Positions 1 through 11,837 of a stretch of 64,000 nt of DNA are shown here, piece by piece. The stretch lies in contig OX597819.1 of the NCBI GenBank assembly GCA_951406725.2, positions 29,760,001 through 29,824,000 on the forward strand. Direction: 5' to 3'. The notes beneath the pieces are model-generated. The model was not told the DNA's origin, did no database searches, and saw only the letters and a program-made list of their open reading frames with translations. The stretch is from Octopus vulgaris (taxonomy: Eukaryota). Within the stretch, counting starts at the first letter, position 1, and the number at the start of each line of letters is the position of its first letter. The translations under genes were made by a program, and so were the position numbers.

Positions 1-977
1 TCGTCTCATGAGGATCTTCCAGTCTCTTGGAATCTTGCTCCTATTTGTTTTGGCTTTGTGCTCTGGGACATAGTTCTGGAATACGGCTTGCACAGAAGAC
101 ATGAAACATTCTAGTTTCATGTCAATGTCTGGTGTGGAGAGACATTCCGGCCAGTCTTCTCTGAGGATCTCTTTTTGGATCGATTTCCAATCTGCTTTGT
201 GGAAGTTCAGATTGGAGAGATTTCGGGTGCTTCCTTTAGGCTGTATATCTCTGGTTACTTTCGGCCCAAACATAGACAGCTCTATTATGTTGTGATCCGA
301 AACTGATGTCGGTGTCACTTTCACATCATGAATGATGTCCATATTGTTCGTGAAGCAGAGATCCAGAATGTTATTCGCCCTAGTTGACTTAAGTACACCA
401 TGAATAAGGCATTGGTGAGGTTGAGCAGGGACTCCACCTGTACTTGCTTGCAATGATTCATTCCTGAGAGTATGTGACCTTCGGGCCATTTGACGTTGGG
501 GAAGTTGAAATCACCCATAAGAAATATGGTCACGTGGTGTTCCAGATTCATGAGGATTTCTTTAATTCTTGTGAGGCAATCTTCAAACTTGCCTATGTGA
601 TTTGGGGCATCCGGTGGGTAATATGTATTGCATATGACTATATTATGTTGTCTTATGTATACAATTAAGGTGTCACTTACCGAATTTGAGTATGTCATCA
701 AGACCTGGGGTGTGAGGTCATCTCGGATGTATACAGCAACTCCACCATGGCTCCTTTCCCTTCTGTCTGTTCTCAGTATGGCATAGTTTGATATGTGTAC
801 TTCTGCGTCATCTATATCCGGGTTGAGGTGAGTTTCCACAAGTGCTATGCACAGGGCTTGATTGCATGCAGTAAGATTTCTCAGGAAAGAAATTTTGTTT
901 CTATTTTGATGCAACAGGCCCCCAATATTTAGTAAAAGTATTGGAGTGACGGCTGTGCAGGCGTTAGGGGAGGCCAT
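1..977 (-). pseudogene. LINE ORF2 apurinic-like endonuclease (APE) domain, frameshifted near 390
   Basis: Motifs LLLNIGG, ALVETHL, RTDR..HGGVAVY, YYPP, GDFNFPNVKW. After a frameshift, RANNILDLCF and SDHNIIEL continue in another frame. Confidence 0.9.
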
Positions 978-1895
978 CCCGTGTCTGTTGACTGTGGTGG
1001 TCTTGCATAGTGGTGGTCAGGGTTCCTTCTCTGTGCTTGGTGTAGCCAGGTTAGCTGCCGGACAATTCTTTCCGCCATGCATAAAAAAGACTCTTGCTCA
1101 GATGCTGCGTTGCGCAGAACATCTGAGGAGCGCACTTCGTTTTTGAAAGTTTTCCTGGGAGACACTTCTTGTGTTCCCTCGGTAAAGTTTTTCTCTTTGA
1201 GTCCTCTGAAGTTCTGGCGGGGTGTCGGGTGGGCGAACCGGCAGTTTTTGCCGTCCTCACCATGCCAACATTTGCCCCGCAGGTCGAACTTACAGGTTCT
1301 TCGGTGCCTTCCAGATTTCTTCTTTCCTGAAGTGTACTGGGTGGCATTGGATCCTCCATGGGGTTCTCTGCTGTTTGTGTGGTGGGTTGGGGTTTCAGCT
1401 TTGGTTGTTTTGCCTTTTCCTCCTTTTCCTCCTTTTCCCTCCTTATTTTTGTTTTCGGTCCTTCCTTTTTTCTTCTGTTTTTCTAATTTTTCATTTCTTC
1501 GTAGGACCACTGGTATAGGAGGGCTTCCGGTTTCTTCTCCCTTGGCTCCCCTATCCTTCACTACCTGGTCGTTCACCGGGGTAGGTGATCCATTTTCCTG
1601 AGGAACCCCTGGATCACAGAGACTTCCGGCTTCCTTCTCTTTTTCGTCCTCTTCATCCTCAACAGCTTTGCCACAATAATTTTCAATTATGTTGTCCAGT
1701 GTTTTGATGTGTGGTCTTTTAAGCATGTAAGACCGGATAAACTCATTTTTCTTCCGCTCTATCTGGTCAATGGTTCTATGAAAACCACTGTTTTTTTGGC
1801 GCGGCAGTGATGACGTTGTTCGGCAGATCGCCACTAGCAATCGTCCATGCTCTAAGCAGAAGATTTAACTCTTTCTTTTCCAGCTTTGGTGCCAT
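929..1895 (-). pseudogene. LINE ORF1 protein with CCCH zinc finger, one frameshift near 1790
   Basis: ATG at 1895 (MAPKLEKKEL...) shifts at an A-run into the 929..1840 frame. Lys-rich basic region; CKFDLRGKCWHGEDGKNCRFAH = CCCH finger. Confidence 0.7.
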
Positions 1896-2377
1896 CTTCG
1901 TTTTGAGGTCCAGAGGGGGAGTAGAGGCTAGAGAGGTAATGAGGGATAGGGAGAGGTAGAGACGGAGAAATACAGAGGGGGAAATAGGGAAAGAGAGAGG
2001 GAGATTGGAAGGAAAGAGAGAGGTGCTATGAAAGAAATCGAGAGGGTGATAGGAGGAAAGCAAGGGGGTGTGGTGTGTTAAAAAGATAGAGGAAGGTAGG
2101 GGAGGAGGAGAGGAAGGGAATAGAAGGAGAGATAGAGTGAAGGAGAAGAGGGGAAGAGAAAGAGAGGCAGAGTGACGGAGAGGAGGGGAAGAGAAAGAGA
2201 AACAGAGGGGAGGAGAGGATAGCAAGAGAAAGAGACAGAGTGAAGGAGAGACAGGATATACATATATATTCAGGGTGAATACTTGATAAGTGTAAGCACC
2301 TGTATATTCCAGCAAGTAGCAGAGGTGAGAGGGTATATGCATCAAATGAAATAAAAAACAGAACACAAAAGGATGTC

Positions 2378-2469
2378 GCGGTTAACGTGTTTCAAGCTTT
2401 ATACAACAACCTATTCTTACATCAATGTATAATCGACATAACAGATGGTTTAAAGCTCTCTTCAGCCGC
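2378..2469 (-). ncRNA. Type I hammerhead ribozyme motif with long helix II insertion, in a Penelope-type pseudo-LTR (about 2270-2480)
   Basis: Minus strand: GCGG-CTGAAGA-GAGCTTTA...TAAAGCTT-GAAA-CACGTTAA-CCGC. Helices I and II pair; helix III and the cleavage site look mutated. Confidence 0.7.
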
Positions 2470-2616
2470 ATGCAATTGCTATTCCAAAGACCTCCATCAC
2501 ATTATGAAAAAACCGAAAATGTACATTTTGTATTATCTATAATGGAGGGTATATTGAATTTCACTGAGAAAGTAAGTTTGTAAATCTTCATAATCAAATA
2601 GGTATGTAGGGTATCA

Positions 2617-2656
2617 TTGGACTTCAAAAATCCGTCCATACTCTATCATCAGTCAA
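2617..2656 (-). ncRNA. Degenerate minimal hammerhead-like motif
   Basis: Minus strand TTGA-CTGATGA-tagagt..attttt-GAAG-TC-CAA. GAAG replaces GAAA and helix II is weak. Confidence 0.3.
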
Positions 2657-2682
2657 CATATATATGTATATATGTATAAATA

Positions 2683-2770
<88 letters not shown>

Positions 2771-3009
2771 ATATATTAGGTCCTCACTTATGAAATTTGT
2801 AGTAAGGTATTTGGTAAAATCTTACTACTGCTCATTTTGCGCCATTATTATATTTTGACAATCTTTATTTTTTGTTAGAAAGCTGATGCATCTATTCCTT
2901 TATGCTAACGCATTTTGCACTTCATAATGCATTAATATATCGTTTTTTCCTATTTTTGTTTAGAGATGGATAAGTCGTAAATTCGTACAGTTTATGTATT
3001 CACATGATG

Positions 3010-3068
<59 letters not shown>

Positions 3069-3573
3069 AAAACATACACATACACACACACACGCACGCA
3101 CACACACACACATACATATACATATATATACATGCATATATGTGCAGATGTAAATACACATATATACATGCCTATATATGCATAATATATCTATATGTCT
3201 ATCTCTCTATATATCTATCGCTATATATATATATATATATGCATATTACACGTGTGTGCGTGTATGCATGTATATATGTAAGTGAGATAATAGTTTCACT
3301 TTTAATTTTTTCAGTATTAATAGTGAAAGTAAAAAAAAACTGAAACTATTATCTCACTTTACAATAGAGATGTTATTGCTTCACTTTTGACACGTAATAC
3401 GGAAAGATTGTAAAAGATAAGATATTGCTCTGGACTCGCATTAAGAAGGAAGTTTAAATTTTTAAATTTTTTAATTTTACATACATGTATATATATAAAT
3501 AGATTTATAAGTATATATATATGTATATATGTATGTATATATTTACATACAAATATATTTATACATATGTGCA

Positions 3574-3965
3574 TACAGGGTAATTAAAAAAATTTAATAT
3601 AATTTCGCAGTCTAATACCTTTGCTTCTTCAAATGACTTCAAATTTTAACAGCATGTGTAGAAACAAGTCAAAATTTTATGTTTAATGTTGATATATTTA
3701 TGTTTTGAGGTATAGAAATGACATTCATTGGAAGAGAAAAGGCGCTTTGTGTGTTAGAGTAACCACGAACACAGTCGAACATGACTGTGCAGCATACATT
3801 TGTGGGTGAGTTCTTTAAAAAGTCACTAACAACAATGCTGATTTGGACATGGCGCAAAAAATTCAAAGTGGAAAGCTGTCTGTGCAGGACAAGCGGATTT
3901 GAACGATCACTAACATCTGAATAGACGGTCGAGCGGGTTCGCCAAAAACTCTTGCGAAACCCCAC
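3574..3965 (+). mobile_element. 5' relic of a Tc1/mariner element (DUF4817-type HTH N-terminus)
   Basis: TA-CAGGGT terminus. From ATG 3718: EKALCVLE..SNMTVQHTF...IWTWRKKFKVESCLC..TVERVRQKLLRNP with internal stops. Confidence 0.65.
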
Positions 3966-4188
3966 ATGTATACGTAATTTTATCTTATGAACATTCGTTA
4001 CGTATAGTCAGACTTTTTCCTTTTTTCTTTTTTCTTTTTTCTTTCTTTCGTTATTTTCTCTCCCTATTCGTTACTTGTATAGAGCCCTGTAACTTTACGC
4101 CCCCTCCCCTCCCTTACTCACGTCTTTAGCTTTCTGTTGCTTACAAGGTCGTTTCTTCCCCACCCCTGGATTTTGCTTATAGTCTATA

Positions 4189-4948
4189 CTAGCAGTATTG
4201 CCCGGCTTTGGTTTTAAAATCAAGTATTTAATGCCCTCTATTTTTGCGCTTATGTGTTCCATTTCCTCAATAGGAAGTACGTAGAAGCGTTTCATAAATT
4301 TTGGTTGATCAAATAATTGCATTGTTGAATTATTCTTTTAGATCAGTATTTCTCAACGGGGATTTCAGGGGGGGGGGGGGGTTCAGGGAGTCGCTGGCGA
4401 TGTATCGTGATGATCAAAAATCCGGCCTGCTAAAATTTGGTTAAAGTGATTCAAACTGCAGACTCAACGCAAAATGGTCGCATTTAATTCAAAACGTTAA
4501 AAATGTTATTAAAACAATTGGTATGTGTTCACAAAGTCCAAACGATTAATACGAAAAAACCCTCCGGGCTACATCCCGAAAATTCATTTCTTTGCCGAAT
4601 GTCTACAATGCTTACGGCGATTCGTTTTTATATCTTGATTTTTTTTTCATGCAATTTACGTATGCTTGCACGCGTGGTGAACACAGTTCACGTCAAACAG
4701 CTGACTGAGTAAAGTTCACAATTCAATGCATGGGATAAGGCCTAAACAAACAGATTATCGATTTTTGCACTTGCGAGATGAATTTCGGAACAGAAATAGC
4801 GCAGTTCAATTTTCATTCGCCTAAACTTGACCCATTTTTGGTGGTTCTACGATTTGTTGGCTAGGAGGAGATGTGCCGGGAAGTTAAACACACAGACACA
4901 CACACAGATACACACACAGACACACATGTTGAGTTTTATATATATAGA
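4189..4948 (-). mobile_element. Non-autonomous Helitron
   Basis: On the minus strand it starts A|TCTATATATATAAAA and ends GCCGGGCAATACTGCTAG|T, matching the canonical TC...CTAG termini at an A/T junction. Confidence 0.65.
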
Positions 4949-5415
4949 TGTATACACCAAGTGATTTTTGCATGTGAGCAAGTTTGTGTATACATATGTG
5001 TACATGTATTTGCGTGTATATTTTCGTTTTGCATTTATATGTCTGTATATGTATGTGGTCTGCGCACATCTATCTGTGTCGTTTGATGTATACATGTATA
5101 TTGATGGTTTAGCATGTGTATGTACTGTTGTGAAATATTTTAATATATTTTAATTTCAATTTTTATGTACTAATTGTATTAATCGAATTATATTTTCTAC
5201 ATAATTAATGACAATATGTATTTGAATCAAATCTTCGATTTAAGGTTTTTCCTCGATTTTCATAATTTTATGTTGAACTCATTTATTTGTTTTGTTTATT
5301 TTTGTCTATCGCTCGCATTTGACCGTTATTTGAAAGGACCAATCAAACAAATCTATTTTTAAAGGTGTAACGTTTATACTAGTCTTGATAGAATTGTCAT
5401 CTCGGTTCTATTTTT

Positions 5416-5466
5416 ACAAAAGTGTCCGACGAACGGGAACGTGAAACTCCGAGTAACAGCTTTTGT
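5416..5466 (+). ncRNA. Type I hammerhead motif (CCGACGA core variant) in a pLTR-like module ending at (TA)n about 5565
   Basis: ACAAAAG-TGT-CCGACGA-ACG ggaa CGT-GAAA-CTC c GAG-TA-ACA g CTTTTGT. All three helices pair and helix I is extended. Confidence 0.75.
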
Positions 5467-5588
5467 TAAATTTCTGCTGCTTTTAAATAAAGCGTATTAC
5501 TCTACCTCTGGTATTTGAGTACTCTTTTTTCCACCTTGTTTCACATTTATGTGTTTATTCCGGTATATATATATATATATATATATAT

Positions 5589-5791
5589 ACTCTTTACTCT
5601 TTTACTCTTTTACTTGTTTCAGTCATTGACTGCGGCCATGCTGGAGCACCGCCTTTAGTCGAGCAAATCAACCCCGGGACTTATTCTTTGTAAGCCCAGT
5701 ACTTATTCTATCGGTCTCTTTTGCCGAACCGCTAAGTGTGTATATATATATATATAATATAATATAATATATATATATATAATATATAATA

Positions 5792-5842
<51 letters not shown>

Positions 5843-5856
5843 ATACATATGTATTC

Positions 5857-5896
<40 letters not shown>

Positions 5897-5925
5897 CTGT
5901 GAATGTATACCCACCATCGCTTGAC
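5589..5925 (-). mobile_element. Partial Octopus-type SINE (3' half)
   Basis: Near-identical to the 3' half of 36243-36672, with a (CTCTTTTA)n tail. Confidence 0.8.
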
Positions 5926-6696
5926 AAATTTAATTCTGAGCAGCGCCGGTTATCGCTGCTAGTAAATATCCGTGTTGTAAATAAGCAAACGACATAACGT
6001 ATACTGAATGTACAACTGGACAGGAGACAGACACAGAAGTTCCCTAACTCTTCATCAGTTATCATCCAAACGGTATTAGTTTCGCACAATTAATGATAAG
6101 AGTGAGAACTTCCCATACTAACGGTACCCGCGAAAGTTGCAGAGAATGTAAGGCCGGGGGCAAACAAAACAATACAAAGTTGACATATGCAATGAATAAA
6201 TGTGATTCATAGATATATGTATACTTGCTGGGGGACCCGGCGTTATACCAGAATGAAATCGTTCCTAATATATTGGAAGAAAAAAGCAAAATATGTTGTA
6301 TAGAAATTTGTTATTCTAAATTCAAATTATTCTTCCTTTGGGAAATGAATTCTGAATTCATAATACAAATAAATAAATAAATAAATAAAGTAAAAATAAT
6401 AAAAAACGAAAATACAAAATTTACCACTTTATGAAGGGAGATAAAAATCTATTACGTGTTAGATTTTCCAAAATTTTCACCGAAATTTTTCCACAAAAAT
6501 ATTTCGAAAATTTTTAGCGAAAATTTTCTCGAAAAATTTTTCGAAAATTTTCAACGAAAATTTTACTCAAAAATTTTCAACGAAAATTTTACCCAAAAAT
6601 CTTTTGAAAACTTTTGTCCAAAATTTTCCCGAAAAATTCTTCGTGAATTTTCAGCGAAAATTTTCCCCAAAAAGTTTTCGAAAATTTTTCACCGAT

Positions 6697-6842
6697 TTTG
6701 GCACCGCTGGCCTTCCATACTTTGTAATTTTGGCATCGCTGGCCTTCAATACTTTGTGATTTTAGCACCGTTGGCTTTCCATACTTTGTGATTTTGGCAC
6801 CGCTGACCTTCCATACTTTTTGAATTTGTCACCGCTGGCCTT
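6697..6842. repeat. 32-bp tandem repeat, about 4.5 copies, preceded by a degenerate TTTTCGAAAA-type array (6460-6695)
   Basis: Unit TTTGGCACCGCTGGCCTTCCATACTTTGTGAT, head-to-tail with no spacers. Confidence 0.85.
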
Positions 6843-6930
6843 GTGATTCTTCGAAAATTTTCACCGAAAAGTTGACTCATGTTCAGTATAATTGCAAAAA
6901 AGTTACAGAGTTCCCTTGGAGAATCTGATA

Positions 6931-7745
6931 CTATGCTTCAGTAAATGCAAGGTCCCAATGCTCATAATTTTCTAAAAAACCTTGTTGATAGCATGCCTCC
7001 CTATAAGTTTTACACACATGACCAATTACCCTCCTCAAATCTTGGAATGGTTTGGGACCAACTACTTCATGCAAAAGGAACCGTAAGTAGTAGCATTCAG
7101 CTTGGCTTAGGTGGACACTGTAAACTCTTGTAAGAGCATCAGCCCCACCTTTCCTCTTGTGCCATTTATTTTTTCTCCAGGTGTAATACATGGGTAATTG
7201 TGGGTAAAGGAGTTTTCTTGTATCTTCATCTACTTGACACAACTTAAAAAGGAAGGGTGGTTTCTCTTGGAGTAAGTGCTTGTTGCAAGGCTATTTGTTT
7301 TGTAAAGATAACCCTGTGGCCATTCTCTAGATCAGTGGTTTTCAACCAGGGTTCCGCCAGTACAGTCCAAGGGTTCCGCAAGAAGTTACAAAACTGCTAA
7401 AATCGGCAGTAATTTTTATTTCTCCTGTGCAGATATGTGTGCATAAGACTATTAAATTATTGCCCAGGGGTTCCTGGAACCAGTGGAATGTTTCCTTGGG
7501 GTTCCGCTCCAGCAAAAAGGTTGAAAAGCACTGCTCTAGATGGACATTCATAGGAATGATTGCCAAAAAGCCTCATTGGTACTGATGTACTTTCCTTTGT
7601 CATATTGTGCAACTTCGGCATTTTTATTTATCTGCTGACTAACATTCTGCATAAGAGTGTATGTTGCAACATCTAAACCTTTGTTTATATATTTGCAAAC
7701 ATACTTGATAGAGTTAACAGGGTTGCAGAAGTCCCCATTGATTAC
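6931..7745 (-). pseudogene. Helitron RepHel fragment (Rep-helicase linker region)
   Basis: KYINKG, YISTNEAFW, VHLENGHRV (split by the MITE), LLYPQLPMYYTW, RVYSVH..AECYYLRFLLHEVVGPKPFQDLR..TYREAC..GFLE..HW. Confidence 0.85.
7333..7533. mobile_element. hAT (Charlie-type) MITE inserted in the Helitron ORF
   Basis: TIRs CAGTGGTTTTCAACC / GGTTGAAAAGCACTG; perfect 8-bp TSD CTCTAGAT. Confidence 0.9.
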
Positions 7746-8149
7746 CTGTACTCATCTTTGCTTCACTGTAGAATACTGATCATCTACCTTTTCGGAAACT
7801 TCTTTAAAAATTAAAATGGAGACTAAATGAAAAAATGAGTTACGAAAATATCTTCACAAGAGTGATTGAAATAAGTGGTGATTTTGGAACGCTACACGCA
7901 TGCGCACACACACACATATATAAAGTATCAAACATCAGATGAAATGGACGTGCGTGCATGTGTGAGAGCTAGTGAAGGGGTGTGTTGTCATGTATACGTA
8001 CATACATAAATATGCATACATCTTTTTTTGTATGTATGTGTGTGTGAGAGAGAGAGAGCACCATTTAGACATCTCTCTCTCTCTCTCTCTCTCTGTCACA
8101 AACACACATACATACAAAAAGATGTATGCATATGTATTTATGTATGTAC

Positions 8150-8192
<43 letters not shown>

Positions 8193-8970
8193 ACACACAC
8201 ACACATACATAAATGTATACAAACGTACATACAAAAACACACGTGCGTGTGTGACTGGCAACAAATACATAGAGCTGAACATGGCGCGCAAAAAGTAAAT
8301 AAACAAAAACTTTTTACGGAAATTAACGAAGTGGGCAGATTCAAGCGAAATTTGTGAATTTAGTAAATATTTCTCTTTATTTTATCGTAGTTGTTTGCAA
8401 ATAGCGAATTAAACCATTGAAATAGAGAGTGAGAGATTTCGCAAATGAAAATGGAAAATTTCGCTGTTGCGACGTCAATACCGGAAGTTGATATTGAGAA
8501 ACCTTTTTAAAGAGGTGAATTATGTATATAAAGCAATATTATTTACTTTCAATAAAAACAGTAAACAAAGTAAAATGTGTGTGTATCGAGGTAAAATTAT
8601 TCGTACATCCCAAGTAGGGAAGCAATTCGCGCAGCCGTTTTTGCGTGAAAAGCTATCACAAACACAGAGGTGTATTTTATATAGAATACATGCATATATA
8701 TATATATCTATATATATATATATATATATAACATTCTATGTTTCTTTTTCGTCCTTGTTTTCGTATACATTCACTGCTTTCTTACAAGGAATCTAATGGT
8801 CTTAGCTTAGTTTTTTCTTGGGGCAGGCCAGATTGGAGCAATCTCGAGTATAACCAGCCGAAATTGCAAAGATAATTTGGAATTCGACTAAGGATAGAAA
8901 ACTCCGAATATCCCGTCCTTGTTTTCTTTGTATCGTCTATCTGGATGTTTTGCATTCTTGTCCCATTTTG

Positions 8971-9018
<48 letters not shown>

Positions 9019-9019
9019 T

Positions 9020-9069
<50 letters not shown>

Positions 9070-9073
<4 letters not shown>

Positions 9074-9155
9074 GCGAGCTGGCAGAAACGTTAGCGCGCC
9101 GGGCGAAATGCTTAGCGGTATTTCGTATGTCGTTACGTTCTGAGTTCAAATTCCG
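9070..9155 (+). mobile_element. tRNA-derived SINE head fragment
   Basis: GGCGGCGAGCTGGCAGAA...GAGTTCAAATTCC with A/B-box-like motifs, following an (AG)n tract. Confidence 0.6.
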
Positions 9156-9208
9156 ATGTTACACAAATATATATATATATATATATAGCGGTGTACACAC
9201 ACTTTGGT

Positions 9209-9277
<69 letters not shown>

Positions 9278-9437
9278 ATATGTATATATATATACATATA
9301 CATACATACTTTCACACACACGACCACTCTCACAAACTCACACACATTAAAATGTGTACGTGTTTGCGCATCTATTGCTATCATCTCCAACGAATTTTTC
9401 CTATGAATATCTGTGTAATTTTTGTTTATTTTTGGGC

Positions 9438-9805
<368 letters not shown>

Positions 9806-10426
9806 CTTTCTGTTTTTCAAATTACCACCATCATTGCAACAGCAACATATTAGATAACGGCAAGAGATAAGGTGGTTTAAAAGTTGAACGAAATGTCTTT
9901 GGTCTTAGGTCAGTGAGGATGGGTTTCAGCCTAAACAACAGCAATATCATTTACAAAGACAATACAACCTTTGCCCACCCCACTACCAATCTGTCATCAT
10001 TTGAATAACTGAAATGCAACAACAATCTTGATGGCAATGTCTGTAGTTAGACATTTTGGATGTCAAGGAGACTGAATGTGTATGTATGTATGTATGTATG
10101 TATGTATGTATGTATGTATGTATGTATGTATGTATGTATGTATGTGTGTGTGTGTGTGTGATTGCATTTGTGTGTGTGTATATGTGCGTGTATTGTGTGT
10201 GTGTGCGTGCGTGTATATATGCATATGTGTCTCCGTCAGAGAAAGCACAGTGTAAAAATTTTATAACTTAAGTCATAGGCGCAAGAGGGGAAGAATCTAT
10301 GAATCTAGTAACTGCCTAGCTAACTGCAATCGTATGATAATTTAACCCATCTCACTCCATGTTTTGTCTCCTGAAATATTCACAGTAAACTTCAACATTG
10401 CATGAGGTCAGTTAAATTGTACTTAC

Positions 10427-10702
10427 ATCAGTGTCAAATCGCCTTTTTTTCCTCGGAAAATGGCTCCTACTTGGGAGTGGGTGCTGTCTGGTATGTCTGA
10501 AAATGATGTTTGCTCTCATCATTTCCAACCGGTAGTGCATTATGGTCCTCAATGGAGACTGTTTGTACAACAGTGCCGCCTTGTGGCTGATAAGGGATTT
10601 GAGTACAAGTTGCATGAGGCCCAGAGACGTACGAAGTGCTGGACAGTTGTAGTTGTCCTTCATTTTTTCATTTTCTTACTTTTATTTTTACATCCATAGA
10701 AA
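10427..10702 (-). other. Candidate host exon (unique, more GC-rich island)
   Basis: TTTTCCTTAG acceptor at 10703 and GTAAGT donor at 10426. Long open frames are present, but the acceptor frame hits a stop after an A6 run. Confidence 0.25.
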
Positions 10703-11341
10703 CTAAGGAAAAGCTTTTACTCTCTGGTATCATAACAATAGCAAAATGAATACCACCACCACTACCACAACCACCACTTCTATCACCTCCACCGCCACAA
10801 CCACCACCATCACCACCACCACTACCACCATCACCACCAATACCAATACCATCAACAACACCACCACCACCACCAATACTACAACCACCACTTCCATCAC
10901 CACCACCACCAATACCAATACCACACATACAGGATGTATATCCATGTACGCGAGATATACATCGCGCGTGTTTGTGTGTGATCAATGTAAACTTTTTTTG
11001 GTTTAAGCTAGAGGTACAAGAATCGAAGTGGTTGTGGACCTGAAAACCTTTCGACTAGCTGTAATCCTGCAATGCTTCTACCCACACTTCACTGGTTCAC
11101 TCTGTCATCCTCATATTTCCATTCTTTCAGCCATAGGAATAAGACGAAGTGTTTGCTATCAAGAAGCAATTCTTTCCTGGTGTTGTTTTTTTTAATGACT
11201 TATTTGTAGATAATAATTGTAATTGTTGATGGCTGTTGCTTTTGCAGTTGCCAACAATTCAAGAAGTCTTGAAAGAAGATATCATTTGAATCTGAAGGAT
11301 AACATTGGATATTAAATTTGATGTTTGAAAAAAGTCTGATG

Positions 11342-11643
11342 TGGAGGCGCAATGGCCCAGTGGTTAGGGCAGCGGACTCGCGGTCGGAGGATCGCGGTTT
11401 CGATTCCCAGACCGGGTGTTGTCTGTGTTTATTGAGCGAAAACACCTGAAAGCTCCACAAGTCTTCGGTTGGGGTCGTGGCGACCCTTGTTGTACTCTTT
11501 CGCCACAACTTTCTCTCACTCTCTCTTCCTGTTTCTTGAGTAACGCTGCGATGGACTGGCGTCCCGTCCAGCTGGGGGGAATACATACGCCACAGAAACC
11601 GGGCCCATGAGCCTGGATAGGCTTGAAGAGGGAGAAAAGAAAC
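11342..11643 (+). mobile_element. tRNA-derived SINE (second family) with 14-bp TSD
   Basis: Head GGAGGCGCAATGGCCCAGTGGTTAGGGCAGC...GGTTTCGATTCCC; TSD AAAAAAGTCTGATG at 11328 and 11644. Confidence 0.85.
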
Positions 11644-11837
11644 AAAAAAGTCTGATGCCGAGAAAACTAAGCCACAATGCCAAAACAGTAAAGCTTGCAA
11701 TTTCTACCATATGAAAAATACGGGCAATAGAAAGAAAATTAGGCCAAGTGTTCAACAAATTAATCCATTAATTGTTCAAACCTTTTTTATACTTTTGTGT
11801 CTTTTTCTTTTATATATATATATATATATATATTTAA

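Larger units (their letters stand above)
1..2262 (-). mobile_element. 5' half of an APE-type LINE (CR1/L2/Jockey group): CT-rich 5' UTR, ORF1, start of ORF2; runs off the window start
   Basis: ORF1 (about 1895->929) overlaps the ORF2 start at 977. ORF2 carries APE endonuclease motifs. A pyrimidine-rich leader lies at about 1900-2260 on the minus strand. Confidence 0.85.
6224..8685 (-). mobile_element. Internally deleted Helitron carrying a RepHel fragment
   Basis: 5' TCTATATAAAA near 8685; decayed 3' end (CGCCGGGTCCCCCAGCAAG|T) at 6224; RepHel coding relic inside in the same orientation. Confidence 0.6.

Noticed and set aside
5990-6065. CTGATGA on the minus strand as another hammerhead
   Set aside because: No matching GAAA or helix II could be found.
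6697-6842. 32-bp repeats resembling a CRISPR array
   Set aside because: Head-to-tail with no unique spacers, inside a Helitron, in a eukaryotic context with no cas genes.
8730-8975. Microsatellite-flanked module with GGCAGG...CCAGCC-GAAA
   Set aside because: Possibly pLTR-like, but it has no hammerhead core and no supportable classification.
10750-10925. Gly-rich or Thr-rich ORFs
   Set aside because: Imperfect (ACC)n microsatellite.
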